From the NCBI RefSeq assembly GCF_009914755.1, contig NC_060927.1: a stretch of DNA of 64,000 nucleotides; one strand, written 5' to 3'. The stretch comes from the human T2T-CHM13v2.0 reference genome, Homo sapiens. The notes beneath the pieces are model-generated. The model had not been told where the DNA came from and searched no databases. It was given only the letters and a program-made list of their open reading frames with translations. Made by a program: the position numbers and the translations under genes. Below, piece by piece: positions 47,868 to 61,625 of the stretch. The stretch's first letter is position 1. The number at the start of each line of letters is the position of its first letter.

Positions 47868-50800
47868 GGTCAGGCACAGTGTGGGCACAGTGGCTCACGC
47901 TTGTAATCCCAGCATTTCGGGAGGCTAAGGCCGTGGATTTCTTAAGCCCAGGAGTTCCAGAACAGCCTGGGCACCATGACAAAACCCTGTCTCTATGAAA
48001 AATATTACAAAAATTAGCCGGGCATAGTGGCGTGCACCTGTAGTCCCAGCTATTTGTGAAGCTGAGGTGGAATAATCGCCTGATGTCTGGAGGTGGGATT
48101 AATATCATCCTCTTTTCCCCTGTATATTAGGAACAATATCACAGAGGGGGTAGACAACCCTGATATATTAGGAGTAATATCATTCTCTACCTACCAGAAT
48201 ATTAGAAACAATATCACAGGGGGTGTGTGCACCTCCTGCGAATTTGGGAGTAATATCATCCTTTACCCCACCTGGATATCAGAAACAATATCACAGGGGG
48301 AATGTACATCCCTGCGATATTGGGAGTAATATCACTCCCCCCCCCCCCGCAGATATTAGGAACAATATCACAGGGAAAGTGTACACCCCTTGTGATATTG
48401 GAATCAATATTATCCTCTCTCCAGTTGGATATTAGAAACAATATCACAGCGGGGGCATACACCCCCTGCGATATTGGGAATAATATTATTCCCTGGATAT
48501 TAAAAACAATATTAAAAGCCCTGGATATTAAAAACAATATTACAGTGTGGGTGTACACCCCCTTCTATATTGGGAGTAATATCATTCTCTCCTCTTGTGG
48601 ATGTTAGAAACAATATCATGCAGGACGTGTACACCCCTAAGACATTTGAAGTAATATCATCCATTCCCCACCTGAATTTTAGAAACAATAACACGGTGGG
48701 GGGGAGGTGTACACCCCCTGAGATATTGGGAATAATATCATCCCCTTCCCCTTGGATATTAGGAACAATATCACAGGTGGGGTGTACAGTCCCTACGATA
48801 TTGGGAGGAATGTCATCCTGACCCGCCTGGATATTAGGAACAATATCACACGGGGGATGTCCACCCCCTGTGGACAATATCACAGGAAGGTGTACACCCT
48901 GTGCAGTATTGGGAGTAATATTCTCTCCCCCCGTGAATGTTAGTAACAATATGACAGAGTGTGTGTACACTCCTTGCGATATTGGGAGTAAATCATCCTC
49001 TTCCTCCTTGGATATTTGGATAAAATCACAGGGGGATGTACACCTGCTGTGATATCACCGGGAGTTGTACACCGCCGGTGATATTGGGTGTGATATTACT
49101 CTCTTTACCCCTGCATACTAGGAACAATATCACGGGTTGAGAGTACAGCCCATGCGATATTGGGAGTAATATTCTCTCCCCCCCCCACCCCGTTAATATT
49201 AGGAACAATATCACAGCATAGATATAAACTTTCTGCGATATTCGGAGTAATATCATCCTCTCCCCCCTGGAGATTAGAAACAATGTTACTGTGAGGGTGT
49301 ACACATCCTGTGAAATTGGGCGTAATGTCATCTTCTCCCACCTGGATATTACGAACAATATCACAGGGGAGGTGTACACCCCATGCGATAAAGGGAGTAA
49401 TATCATTTTCTTTCCCCCAGGATATTAGGAACAATATCAAAGGGGGGGTGTACACTCCCTGATTTATTGGAAGCAATATCCTCTTTTTCTCCCTTGGATA
49501 TTAGGAATAATATCACAGAAAAGGTGTCTACCCAGTGCGATATTGGGAGTAATATTATTTTCTCTCAAGCTGGGTATTAAGAACAATATAACAGGAGAGG
49601 TGTACACCCCCTGTGATATTTTGAGTAATATCATTTTCTCCCCACCTGGATATTAGAAACAATATCACAGGGGTTGTACAGCCCCTGTGATATTGAGAGT
49701 AATATCCTCTCAACCTTTAAATATTAAGAAAAATATTACAGAAGGGTGTACACCCCCTACGATACTGGGAGTAATGTCACCCTCTCCTTCACTGGAAATT
49801 AAGAACAATATCGTTTAAGGGGTGTACACCCCCTGAAATTTTGGGAGTCATATCATCCTCTCTTTTTCTAAATATTAAAAACAATATTACAGGGGCGTGT
49901 ACATCCTCTGCGACATTGGGAGTAATAACATCATTTTCCGCCCTGGACGTTAGAAACCATATCACAGGGGTGGCGTAAACCCTCTGCGATATGGGGAGTC
50001 ATATCATCCTCTCACCTTTCAATATTAAAAATGATATAACGGGGGGGTGTACATCCCCTGCAGTATTGGGAGTAATATCATCCTCTATCCCCCTGGATAT
50101 TTGGAACAATATCACGGAGGGGTGTACACCCCATGAAATATTGAGAGTAATATCATCCTCTTTTCCCTGAATGTTAGGAAAAACATCACAGAGGGGGTGT
50201 ACACCTCCTGTGATATTGGGAGTAATATCATCCTCTCCCTCACTGGATATTAGGGACAATATCACAGGACGGGTGTACAACTCCTGCAATATTGAGAGTA
50301 ATGTCATCCTCTTTTCCCCTAAATATTAGGAACAATATCACAAAGGTGGTGTACACAACCTGCGATATGGGAGTAATATCCTCTTCCCATAGATATTAGG
50401 AAAAATATCACGGTGGGGGAGGGGTGTACACAGCCTGTGATATTGAATGTAGTATCATCCTCTCCTCTGATGCATATTAGGAACAATACCCTAGGGGAGG
50501 TGTACAACCCCTGCAATATTGGGAGTAATATCACCCTCTGCCTCCCTGGATATTAGGAACAATATCACAGAAAAGGTGTACATTCACTGGGATATTGGGA
50601 GTAATGTCACCCTCTCACTCCCTGGAAATTAGGAACAATATCACAGGGTGGGTGTACACTGCCTGTGATATAGGGAGTAGCGTCATCCTCTCCCCCCTTG
50701 GATATTAGGAAAAATATCACGGAGGGTGCACAACCCCTGTGATATTGAAAGTAATATCATCCTTTTTTCCCCTGGATATTAGAAAAAACATCACTGGGGG

Positions 50801-53800
50801 GTATACACCCACTGTGATATTGGGAGTAATATCATCCTCTCCCCCACTGGATATTAGGAACTGTACCACAGGGTGGGTGTACATCCCCTGCGATATTGGG
50901 AGTAATATCAACCTGTCCCTTCCAGGATGTTAGAAACAATATCACAGGAGAGATATACAGCCCCTGTGATACTAAGAGTAATATCATCCTCTCCCTCCAT
51001 GGAGATTAGGAACAATATCACTGTGGGGGTGTACACCCCCTGCGAAATTGGGTGTAATATCATCCTCTCCCCACCTGGATATTAGGAACAATATCACAGG
51101 GGTGATGTACACCCTATGCGAATTTTGGAGTAACATCATTTTCTTTCCCCCAGGATATTAGGAACAATATCAAAGGGGGTGTGTACACTCCCTGATATAT
51201 TCAGAGTAATATTATATTTTCTCCCCTCTGAATATTAGAAACAGTATCACAACGGGGGTGTCTACCCCCTGTGATATTGGGAGTAATATCATTTTTCCAC
51301 CTGGATATTAGGAACAATATCACAGGAGGGGTCTACACGCCCTGTTATATTTTGAGTAATATCATCCTCTCTCCACCTGGATATTAGGTACTATATCACA
51401 AGGTTGTACACCCCTGGGATCTTGGGAGTAATATTTTTCTCTTTCCCCCTAAATATTAGGAACAATATCACAGGGGGAGTGTACACCTTCTGGGATATTG
51501 ACAGTAATATCATCATTTTTCCCCTGGAAATTAGGAACAATATCACAAGGAAGCTGGACACCCACTGTGATACTGAAAGTAATATTATCCTCTCCTCTCA
51601 TAGATATTAGGAATAACATCACAGAAAGGCTGTACATCAACTGCGATATCGGGAGTAATATCATCCTCTCACCCCCTGGATATTTGGAACAATATCACAA
51701 AGGGGTTGTATATCCCCTGCGATATAGGGAGTAATATCATCCACTCCCCACCTGGATATTAGGAACAATGTCACAGAAGGGGTGTACACCACCTGCGATA
51801 TTGGGAGTAATGTCATCCTCTCCCCTTTGGCTATTAGGAACAATATCACTGGGGAATGTACACCCCCTGCGATATCTTAAGTATTATCATTCTCTCTCCC
51901 CCTAGATATTAGGAACAATATTACAAGGGGGGTGTACAACCCTGGCGATATTAGGAGTAATATCATGTTTCCCCCCGGATATTAGGAACAACATCAAAGA
52001 AAGAGTGTACACCCTCTGCGATATGGGGTGTAATATCACACACTGTGATATTAGGAGGGTAATATCTCTCCTGAATATTACCAGTAATATTCCAAGGTGT
52101 ACACACATGGTGTACACACACTGTGATATTAGGAAACTATAATCTCCCCATGATATTTTGAATAATATCCCAGGTTGTACACACATCGTGTACACTCACT
52201 GTTATATTAGGAGAGTAATATCTCCCCATAATATTACAAATAATATCCCAGAATGTACACACATGGTGTAAACCCACTGTGATATTAGGAGAGTAATAAC
52301 TCCCTGAGATATTCCTAATAATGTTCCAGGGTGTACAAACATGGTGAACACCTACTTTGATATTAGGAGAGAAATATCTCCCCAGGATATTACACATAAT
52401 ATCTCAGGATGTACAAACAAAGTGTAAACACACTGTGATATTAGGAGAGTAATATCTCCCCAAAATATTGCAAATAATATCCCAGGGTGTACACATATGG
52501 TGCACACCCTCTTTGATATTAGGAGAGTAATATCTCTGCAGGTTATTACGAATAATATCCCAGGTTGTAAACAAATGTTGTACACCCACTGTGGTATTAG
52601 GAAAGTAGTATCTCCCCAGGATATTTCGAACAATATCCAGGTTGTACGCACATAGTGTACACCCAATGTAATATTAGAGGAATAATATCTACCCTGGATA
52701 TTACGAATGATATCCCAGTGTGTACACACATGGTGTACACTTACTGTGATATTGAGAGACTAATATCTCCCCAGGATATTATGAATGATATCCTAGGGTG
52801 TACCCATATGGTGTACACCCACTGTGATATAAGGAGAAATATCTCCCCAGGATATCATGAACAATATTCCAGGGTGTACACCCACTGAGGTATTAGGACT
52901 AATATCTCCCCAGGATATTACGAATAATATATTTGGGTACACACCCACTGTGATATTGGAGTAATATCTCCCCAGGTTATTACGAATACTATCCCAGAAT
53001 TTACACCCACTGTGATATTAGAAGTAATATCTCCCTAAGATATTACAAATAATATCCCAGGGTGTACATTCACCATGATATCAGTAGTAATATCTCTGCA
53101 AGATATTACAAATAATATCCCAAGGTGTAAACCCACTGTAATATTAAGAGTAATGTCTCCCCAGAATATTATGAAAAATAATCCAGGGTTGACACCCACT
53201 ATTCTATTAGGAGTAATATCTGCCTAAGATACTACGAATAATATTTCAGGGTGTACACACAGTGTGTACACCCACTGTGATATTAGGAGTAACATCCCAC
53301 TGGGATATTATGAATAATATGACAGGTGGTGTACACACATGGTGTACACCCCCTGTGGCATTAGGAGAAACATCTTCCTAGCATATTATGAATAATATCA
53401 CAGGGTGTACAACCCCTGGGACATTAGGAGTAACATCCCTTTAGGATATTAGGAATAATATCACAGGTGGTGTACACACATGTTGTACACCCCAAGTTAC
53501 ATTAACATTAACATCCCTCTAGTATATTATGAATAATATCACAGGGGTTGCACACACATGGTGTACAAGCCCTGTGACATTAGGAGTAACATTGCCCTAA
53601 GATATTAGGAATGATATTACCCCCTGTGGTGTACACACATGGTATACACCCCCTGTTTCATAGGAGTAACATCTACCAAAATATTAGGAACAATATCCCC
53701 CAGCGTATTACAAATAATATCACAAAGGTTGTACACACAAGGTATAAAACCCCTGTGACATTAAAAGTAAAACCCCCACAGGTTATTGCAAATTATATCA

Positions 53801-55395
53801 CAGGGGGTGTACACACATTGTATACACCCCAAGGCATGTACACCCCAAGTTACATTAGGAGTAACATCCCCCTAGGATATTACGAATAATATCACAGGTT
53901 GTGGACACACATGGTGTACATCCCTGTGACATTAGGTGTAACATCTCCTTAGGACATTACAAATAATATCACAGAAGGTGTACACTCATGGAGCACAGTT
54001 TCTGTGACATTAAAGGTAAAATCCCACTAGGATATTACAAATAATACCACAGGGGGTGTACACACATGGTGTACACCCCATGTGACATCAAGAGTAACAT
54101 CCCCCTAGGATGTTAGGAATAATATCACAGAGTGGACATTCCCTGTGACATTAGTAGTAACATCCCCCTAGGATATTACGAACAATACCACAGGGTGTAC
54201 AGCCCCTATGACATTACGTGTAACATTCCCCTAGGATATTATGAATAATATCACAGTGTGAACACCCCCTGTGACATTAGGAGTAACATCCCCTAAAAAT
54301 ATTATGAATAATATCTCAGGGTGTACACCCTCTGTGACATTTGGAGTAACATCCCCCTAAGGTATTATGAATGATATCACTGTGTGTACACCCCCTGTCA
54401 CATGAGGAGTAACATCTTTATAGGATATTACAAATAATTTCACAAGGTGTATACCCCCGTGACATTAGGAGTTACATCCGCTAGGATATTATGAATAATA
54501 TCACGGGAGTACACCCCCTGTGACATTAGGAGTAACATCCCAGTAGGATACTCTGAATAATATAACAGGGTGTACACTCCTTGTGACATTAGGAGTAACA
54601 TTCCCCTAGGATATTATGAGTAATACCACAGGGTGTACACCCTCTGTGACTTTAGGGGTAACGTCTGTCTAGGACATCACAAATAATATCACAGAGTGTA
54701 CACCCCTTGTGACATTAGCAGTAACATCCCCTTAGGATATTACAAATAATATCAGGGTGCACACATTAGAAGTAACATCCCCTTAGTATATTACAAATAA
54801 TATCACAGGGTGTATACCCCCTGTAACATTAGGAGTAACATCCTCCTAGGATATTACCAAAAATACCACAGGATGTACATCCACTGTGACAATAGGAGTT
54901 ACATCACCCCTAGGATATTACAAATAATATCACAGTGTGTACACCTACTGTGATATTAGGAGTAATATCTTCCTAGAATATTATAAATAATATCACAAGG
55001 TGTACACCCACTGTGTGATATTAGGAGTAATATCTCCCTTGGATATTACAAATAATATCACAGGCTGTACACGAATGGAGTAAAACCACTGTGATATTAG
55101 AAGTAATATCTCCCTAAAACATTATGAAAAATATCACAGGGTGTACATCCACTGTGATATTAGAAGTAATAACTACCTAAAATATTACAAATATCACAGT
55201 GGGTGTACACCATGTGCACATCCACTTTGAAGTAATATCTCCTTAGAATTTATGAATAATATCACAGAGTATACACCCCCTGTGACGTTAAAAGTAACAA
55301 AACAATATCACAGGGGCTGTACACCCCCTGCGATATTGGGAGTAATATCAACCTCTCTCAAAACAAAAAACAAACAAGCAAAAAAACTCAAACCA
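47868..55395 (+). mobile_element. AluJ split by the satellite: 5' part 47868-48096, 3' end and A tail 55351-55395
   Basis: The Alu stops at ...ctggaggtgg. After the satellite comes acctctctcaaaacaaaaaacaaac. The TSD is aagtatttatggaa (47854-47867) / aaatatttatggta (55396-55409). Confidence 0.85.
48094..55357. repeat. SATR1/SATR2-type tandem satellite, ~60-76-bp quasi-palindromic monomers in several variant domains
   Basis: The monomer ggatattaggaacaatatcacagggggtgtacaccccctgcgatattgggagtaatatcatcctctcccc is repeated, with shorter variants from ~52035. Confidence 0.95.
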
Positions 55396-55526
55396 AAATA
55401 TTTATGGTAGGCTACTGTGTGCAATGCAGAATGTTGAACATAGCTATTAAGTTTCAGTGGTAGCAGGTGTGCATTTCAGATTACAAATTCAGGTGTACAT
55501 GAAGGGAAGTGAATTTTCTTTACTAG

Positions 55527-56019
<493 letters not shown>

Positions 56020-57180
56020 TAAAATCCAAGCCAAGTTTCAGAAATCCAAACATTTAGAGGAGTCTGGCAGATAAAATAACAGGAGTGGTGAGCTGAAGGG
56101 GTCTGTGGTGAGTTGGAGGGCGGTGGTCTGGGTAAAAAAGGTGTCTCTTACCCTGCTCCAGCTTTTGTTCTATGAGATAGGAGCCAGGGAATTCAAGCTT
56201 CCATTTTTTTTTTTAAAGTAAATCTGGAAATTCAACTTTTTAATACAAAGAAGCTCTGGTCCCAGTCTACTTAAAGGTAAGGAATTACAGAAAGACACAC
56301 TGTTCCCCAGACTGAAAAGGGATTTTCCAAGGTTTAGAAAGAAAGATAATTTTGTGGGGTCCAGAGAAATAGAAATCTTTACCCACAGCCTTCTGGCAGC
56401 CCTTCCATGGGCTGGAGAGGGGGAAATTGGCTTCATGGTGCTCTAGGGAGGAGGGATCCCAGCCAGTTTTCAGGGAGCTGCCAAAAACTTCAGTGAATCA
56501 ATAAAATGAGCTCTGATGTAGACTCCCATTTAAGAGAAGAAGAGAAACTGTAAATATAAAGAATAAACTTAAAAAGTTTAATGTGCTTGCATAAGATTAT
56601 AATATATTGGAGCACCTATGGTGGAGTGGCTAAGCATAAGGTGAGCTCAAATACTGAGTTTATATGATGAATCCAAACTTACCTAAACCCTCAATGCATT
56701 CGTTTCTCATCTTTAAGATGGGAATGGTACTTAGTTGTACTAAGATTATCTTATAGTATTATGAGAATTAAAGTAAATAACAGGTTGAACAAGCAGCACT
56801 CATGAGATATAATCAGAAAGCATCTTTATTTTTATCTTCCACTGTCCTTTTAAAATTTATTCAGTAGGAAAGTACTTTCCCTGCTGCTGGTTGGAAATAC
56901 AAGCTGACTGGTGAATTTTCTGCTACATATTGGATATTTAAAAGACTTTCAGATATTCAAGGTTGTAAACACTACCTCAGTTCTGAAAATAGTCTGCTCT
57001 CATGTAACAATAAAAACTCCAAATTTGATTTAAAGTGAGAAATTCTTCTCTGTCTCATCTGAATCTTCTTCTAGTGGGAAAGGAGGGAAAGAAAAGTTAT
57101 CACTTCTTTGGTACTGTTGTAAGATGGCATTGTGATCACCGAGCATGGCGGGTGATAAAAATTCACTATACCCTCGCCAA

Positions 57181-57650
57181 TTTTTTGTTTTGTTTTGTTT
57201 TTGAGACGGAGTCTTGCTCTGTCGCCCAGGCTGTGCAGTGGCGCGATCTCGGCTCACTGCAACCTCCGCCTGCCGGGTTCACAGGGGTTGTACACCCCCT
57301 GCGATATTGCAAGTAATATCAACCTCTCTCAAAACAAAAAGCAAGCAAGCAAAAAAACCCAAACCAAAATATTTATGGTAGGCTACTGTGTGCAATGCAG
57401 AATGTTGAACATAGCTATTAAGTTTCAGTGGTAGCAGGTGTTCATTTCAGATTACAAATTCAAGTGTACATGAAGGGAAGTAACTGGGACTTCAGGTGCC
57501 CGCCACCACGCCTGGCTAATTTTTTGTATTTTTAGTGGAGACGGGTTTTCACCACGTTAGCCAGGATGGTCTCGATCTCCTGACCTTGTGGTCCGCCCGC
57601 TTCGACCTCCCAAAGTGCTGGGATTACAGGTGTGAGCCATCGCATCCAGC
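57181..57650 (-). mobile_element. AluY/Sc-like carrying a 203-bp non-Alu insert at 57279-57481
   Basis: Alu text breaks at ccgggttcac and resumes at agtaactgggac. Confidence 0.9.
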
Positions 57651-58954
57651 CCCATTTGTTTTTTTTTGTTTGTTTTTTTTTTTTTGCGTGTCCTTCAAAA
57701 GCCAGCACTGGGACTCTCCCAGTGATGCAAGCAATGTGTTGTCCTCCAGCCAGCCACTTGCTCCTCCATCCCTGTTTTCCTTTCTTTTTTCTTCACAGTA
57801 CACAGACTCTACTGCTTGCCGTCCTTTGACTTTCCCACACAGTCCCCTAGGGTAGAGTTTAAAATAGCACCATGTGGCCACATGGTGAATGCTAAATAAT
57901 TGTCATGACTATTACGATAGTTGGAAGTAACAGGATTGAGAAAATTGCACAAAAAGACATGAATCTAGTTCCAAAATTAGGTATCTTGTACTGTAGGTAA
58001 TTAAATGATTTTTTAAAATAAAATTTGTAAAGGCAGAAGTTAGACGATTTGGTGCTTGTTATATATACCTATTATAAGTGTTATGCATGAGTTCATCAAG
58101 TATGAATGGGGCAACATAGGATATACTAACTAAATATATATATGAGTTTTTACAAAGGGGCATGGAAGCCTTTCTAGAGAAGGCAGCATTTGAATGAAGT
58201 CTTTGAGGGTGAGGAGTGTTTTCGCAGTGATGGGCCCAGATGGCAGGAAGTGGGAAGGAATGGGAAAGCAGAGGCAAAGGAAATGTGTCTGGATTTGATG
58301 GCCATGAGTGATAGGGTGTTACAACAGGGTTCACTCATGGAGGATGATAAAAGCTGGTATTGCTTGAGAATTTACTGAATACTTCATTTGAGCTACCTGA
58401 TTTGTTTCTCTCAACTCTGTAAGGCAGGAACTATTATTCCTCTTTTATGCATAAGGAATTGAGCATTAGAAAGGAGAAGGTAAGTTGGCTGAGATCTCCA
58501 GCTGGTAAGCACAGGAGCTGTGACTGGACCTCTGGCTGTCTGGCCTGAGCAGCGCCATGCCTAACTACTACATTACATGAGCCTTTAGCTGTTAGGATTA
58601 TAGAAGGGCATTTACAATATATATTGGATTATAAAGAAGGTTCAGGATGATCTTCTTAAGAAAACTTTTAATTATATATTGAGTTTTAGAAAAAATTAGC
58701 TTTTACTATTGTAACAGTTTTTATAATTTCCTGACATTTCATTCTTTCCTTGTTTTCTTCCTATCTCTCTTCCTTCTTATCAGGTATTTATTAATTCAGG
58801 CACTGTGTTAGTCCCAGGATATATAATAATGAACCAAAATATAGGTAGTCTCTGTCTTCATAAGAATTACATTCTGGTGGGGGAGATAAATATTCAAATG
58901 ATTTCTAAGAATAAAATTGCAAGAGTGATTTTTGCCCAAATGAGAGAAATTTGG

Positions 58955-60068
58955 TATGGGGGGAAATTCAGCCAGACATTGGGTGAAATTCACCCCCGAT
59001 ATTTCACGTAGGTTCTTTTCTATTTTCCCTAAGTGTTGGCCAGTCTGAGAAATAGAGGGACAGAGTACAAAAGAGAGAAATTTTAAAGCTAGGTGTCCAG
59101 GCGAGACATCACATGTCAGCAGGTTCTGTGATGCCCCCCAAGCCGCAAAACTGGCAAGTTTTTATTAGTGATTTTCAAAAGGGGAGGGAGTGTACGAATA
59201 GGGTGTGGGTCACAGAGATCACATGCTTCGCAAGGTAATAAGATATCACAAGGTAAATGGAGGCAGGGCGAGATCACAGGACTACAGGACCGGGGTGAAA
59301 TTAAAATTGCTAAAGAAGTTTCGGGCAGGCATTGTCATTGATAACATCTTATCAGGACAGGGTTTGAGAGCAGACAACTGGTCTGACCAAAATGTATTAG
59401 GTGGTAATTTCCTCGTCCTAATAAGCCTGGGAGCGCAACAGGAGACTGGGGCTTATTTCATCCCTATAGCTAGCTGCGACCGTAAAAGACAGCCACCCCC
59501 AAAGTGGCCATTTTAGAGGCCTACCCTCAGGGATGCATTCTCTTTCTCAGGGATATTCCTTGCTGAGAAAAAGAATTCAGCAATATTTCTCCCATTTGCT
59601 TTTGAAAGAAGAGAAATATGGCCCTGTTCCACCTGGCTCACAGGGGGTCAGAGTTTAAGGTTATCTCTCTTGTTCCCTGAACATTGCTGTTATCCTGTTC
59701 TTTTTTCAAGGTGCCCAGATTTCATATTGTTCAAACACACATGCTTTACAAACAATTTGTGCAGTTAACGCAATCAACACAGGGTCCTCAGGTGACATAC
59801 ATCCTCCTCAGCTTACGAAGATGATGGCATTAAGAGATTAAAGTAAAAACAGTCATAGGAAATCACAAGGGTATTGATTGGGAAAGTGATAAGTATCCAT
59901 GAAATCTTCACAATTTATGTTCAGAGATTGCAGTAAAGACAGGCATAAGAAATTATAAAAGTATTAATTTGGGGAACTAATAAATGTCCACGAAATCTTC
60001 ACAATTTGTGTTCTTCTGCCATGGCTTCAGCTGGTCCCTCCGTTCAGGGTCCCTGACTTCCCGCAACA
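58955..60068 (-). mobile_element. MER11 (HERV-K11/HML-8) solo LTR, probably MER11A, inserted in L2
   Basis: The right end ccctgacttcccgcaaca is the reverse complement of TGTTGCGGGAAGTCAGGG. A perfect 6-bp TSD atttgg lies at 58949-58954 and 60069-60074. Length is 1114 bp. Confidence 0.93.
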
Positions 60069-60129
60069 ATTTGGAGCTATTAAAATTTAAGATTGGGGCT
60101 TTTACTTAAAAAGGCAAGGGAGAATCATG

Positions 60130-60700
60130 GATCTAGAGCTGAGTTCTGAAAGATGAATAGGAGTTAACTAGATGCAGTGGGAAGAGAGGAAGGCCTAGGC
60201 TGCAGAAGTAGCATATGCAAAGATCCTGCAGTAGGAAGAAAGGGCTGTGAAGAAAGCCACAGTGATTAGAGCTGAGTGCACAGGGGCAAGGCAGAGTACA
60301 GACTAGAAAAATAGAGGCCTGATCATGTGGAGACTTGCAGTACATGTTAGAATTTGGCATTTATCCTAAGGGAGGGGGGTTGTGACAGAAACATTTTAAG
60401 TAAGAGTGGCACCATAATCAGATTGCATTTTGAAACTACAGCCCTGACCATGCTATGGAGAGCAGGTTAGAAGTAGGAGAAGTGGAAGGTGGTGGAGAAA
60501 TCAGGAAGTTGTCAACCAGGTGAAAGAGTTGTTGCTTAAACCAGGTGGTGTCAGTGATGGGAGATGGGCAGATTCAAAACTTATTTAAGGGGAGAAATCA
60601 ACAAGACTTTGGGATTGGCTAGATATGGGACATGAGAAATGGCAATGCCATGAAGAGACTGTATTTTTCTGGCTTGGAAACTGGATAGTTTGCCATCTTT
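60130..60700 (+). mobile_element. L2 fragment
   Basis: gagctgagttctgaaagatgaataggagttaactag...agcatatgcaaagatcctg. Confidence 0.75.
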
Positions 60701-61560
60701 GAAAAAGGAAGACTAGGAACAGTTTGTTTATTTGTTTAATTGTTTATTTGTTTTAGGGTTTGATTGATGACGGGAAAGCACATGAATTTTGAGTTGAGGT
60801 ACTTTTGAATCCCCAGAGATTTTTGGCAATGGAATTTTAGCTTTGACCCTTCAACTCAGTTCCTGCCAATACTCTACCCCAATTTTTCAATTTCTGCCTC
60901 AATTATTTTCCACTGGGAAAACTGAGTCTTCACGGACTCTGACCAATTGCTGCTGTCCAGAGTCATTTGCTGGAAATGACCTTTGGCCCCTAAGATTTGA
61001 CCTTTCCCACCTTTCCACGGATCCCAGAAGGAGTCCAGCTGCCCAGATAGACTTCAGGTGGCTCAGATGCTTTAGGCTTGTGACCTTGACTCAGACAACA
61101 ATGTGTGGCCCTCCTGATACATGAGGCCCATACTGCTGCTCTGTCCTTGTTTGAGCTCTTGCTAGTTTGGCTTCAACACCACTTGCTCCCATTCCCTCGT
61201 CCCTCCACCTTGACTTCTGCCTCTCCTCCATCTCGTAACCACTAATTCCCAGCATATCTTGTGACTGGCTTCACATTATTTGTGACACGTGAAGATTAAT
61301 AATTTCTTCATTCTTCTGGCTTTTTCTTTTGTCCTTCCTCAGAAGCATTTTATTAGATGCTTAAGTGAAGCTGCAAACCTGCAATTTATACACCAGATGG
61401 CACCAAAACATTATATTTTAAATATTAGTTCGAATTTTGAGGGGGAGAAATCCAAACCTTCCACTATTCTGAGACTAGCACAGCCTCCGGTGCAAGTTCA
61501 ACAAATGAAAATTCATACACCAACTTCCCAGAATCTGTGGTGGTGTTGCTTTTTATTGGC

Positions 61561-61575
61561 AGAGAGAGAGAGGGA

Positions 61576-61621
<46 letters not shown>
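61561..61621. repeat. (GA)n microsatellite
   Basis: Directly visible. Confidence 0.95.

Positions 61622-61625
<4 letters not shown>

Noticed and set aside
48093-53889. Many overlapping 60-150 aa ORFs (DIRNNITGGVYTPCDIGSNI-type)
   Set aside because: They are translations of the satellite monomer in several frames on both strands.
48094-55357. CRISPR-like look of regularly spaced palindromic repeats
   Set aside because: There are no unique spacers and no cas genes, and the context is primate DNA. It is a diverged tandem satellite.
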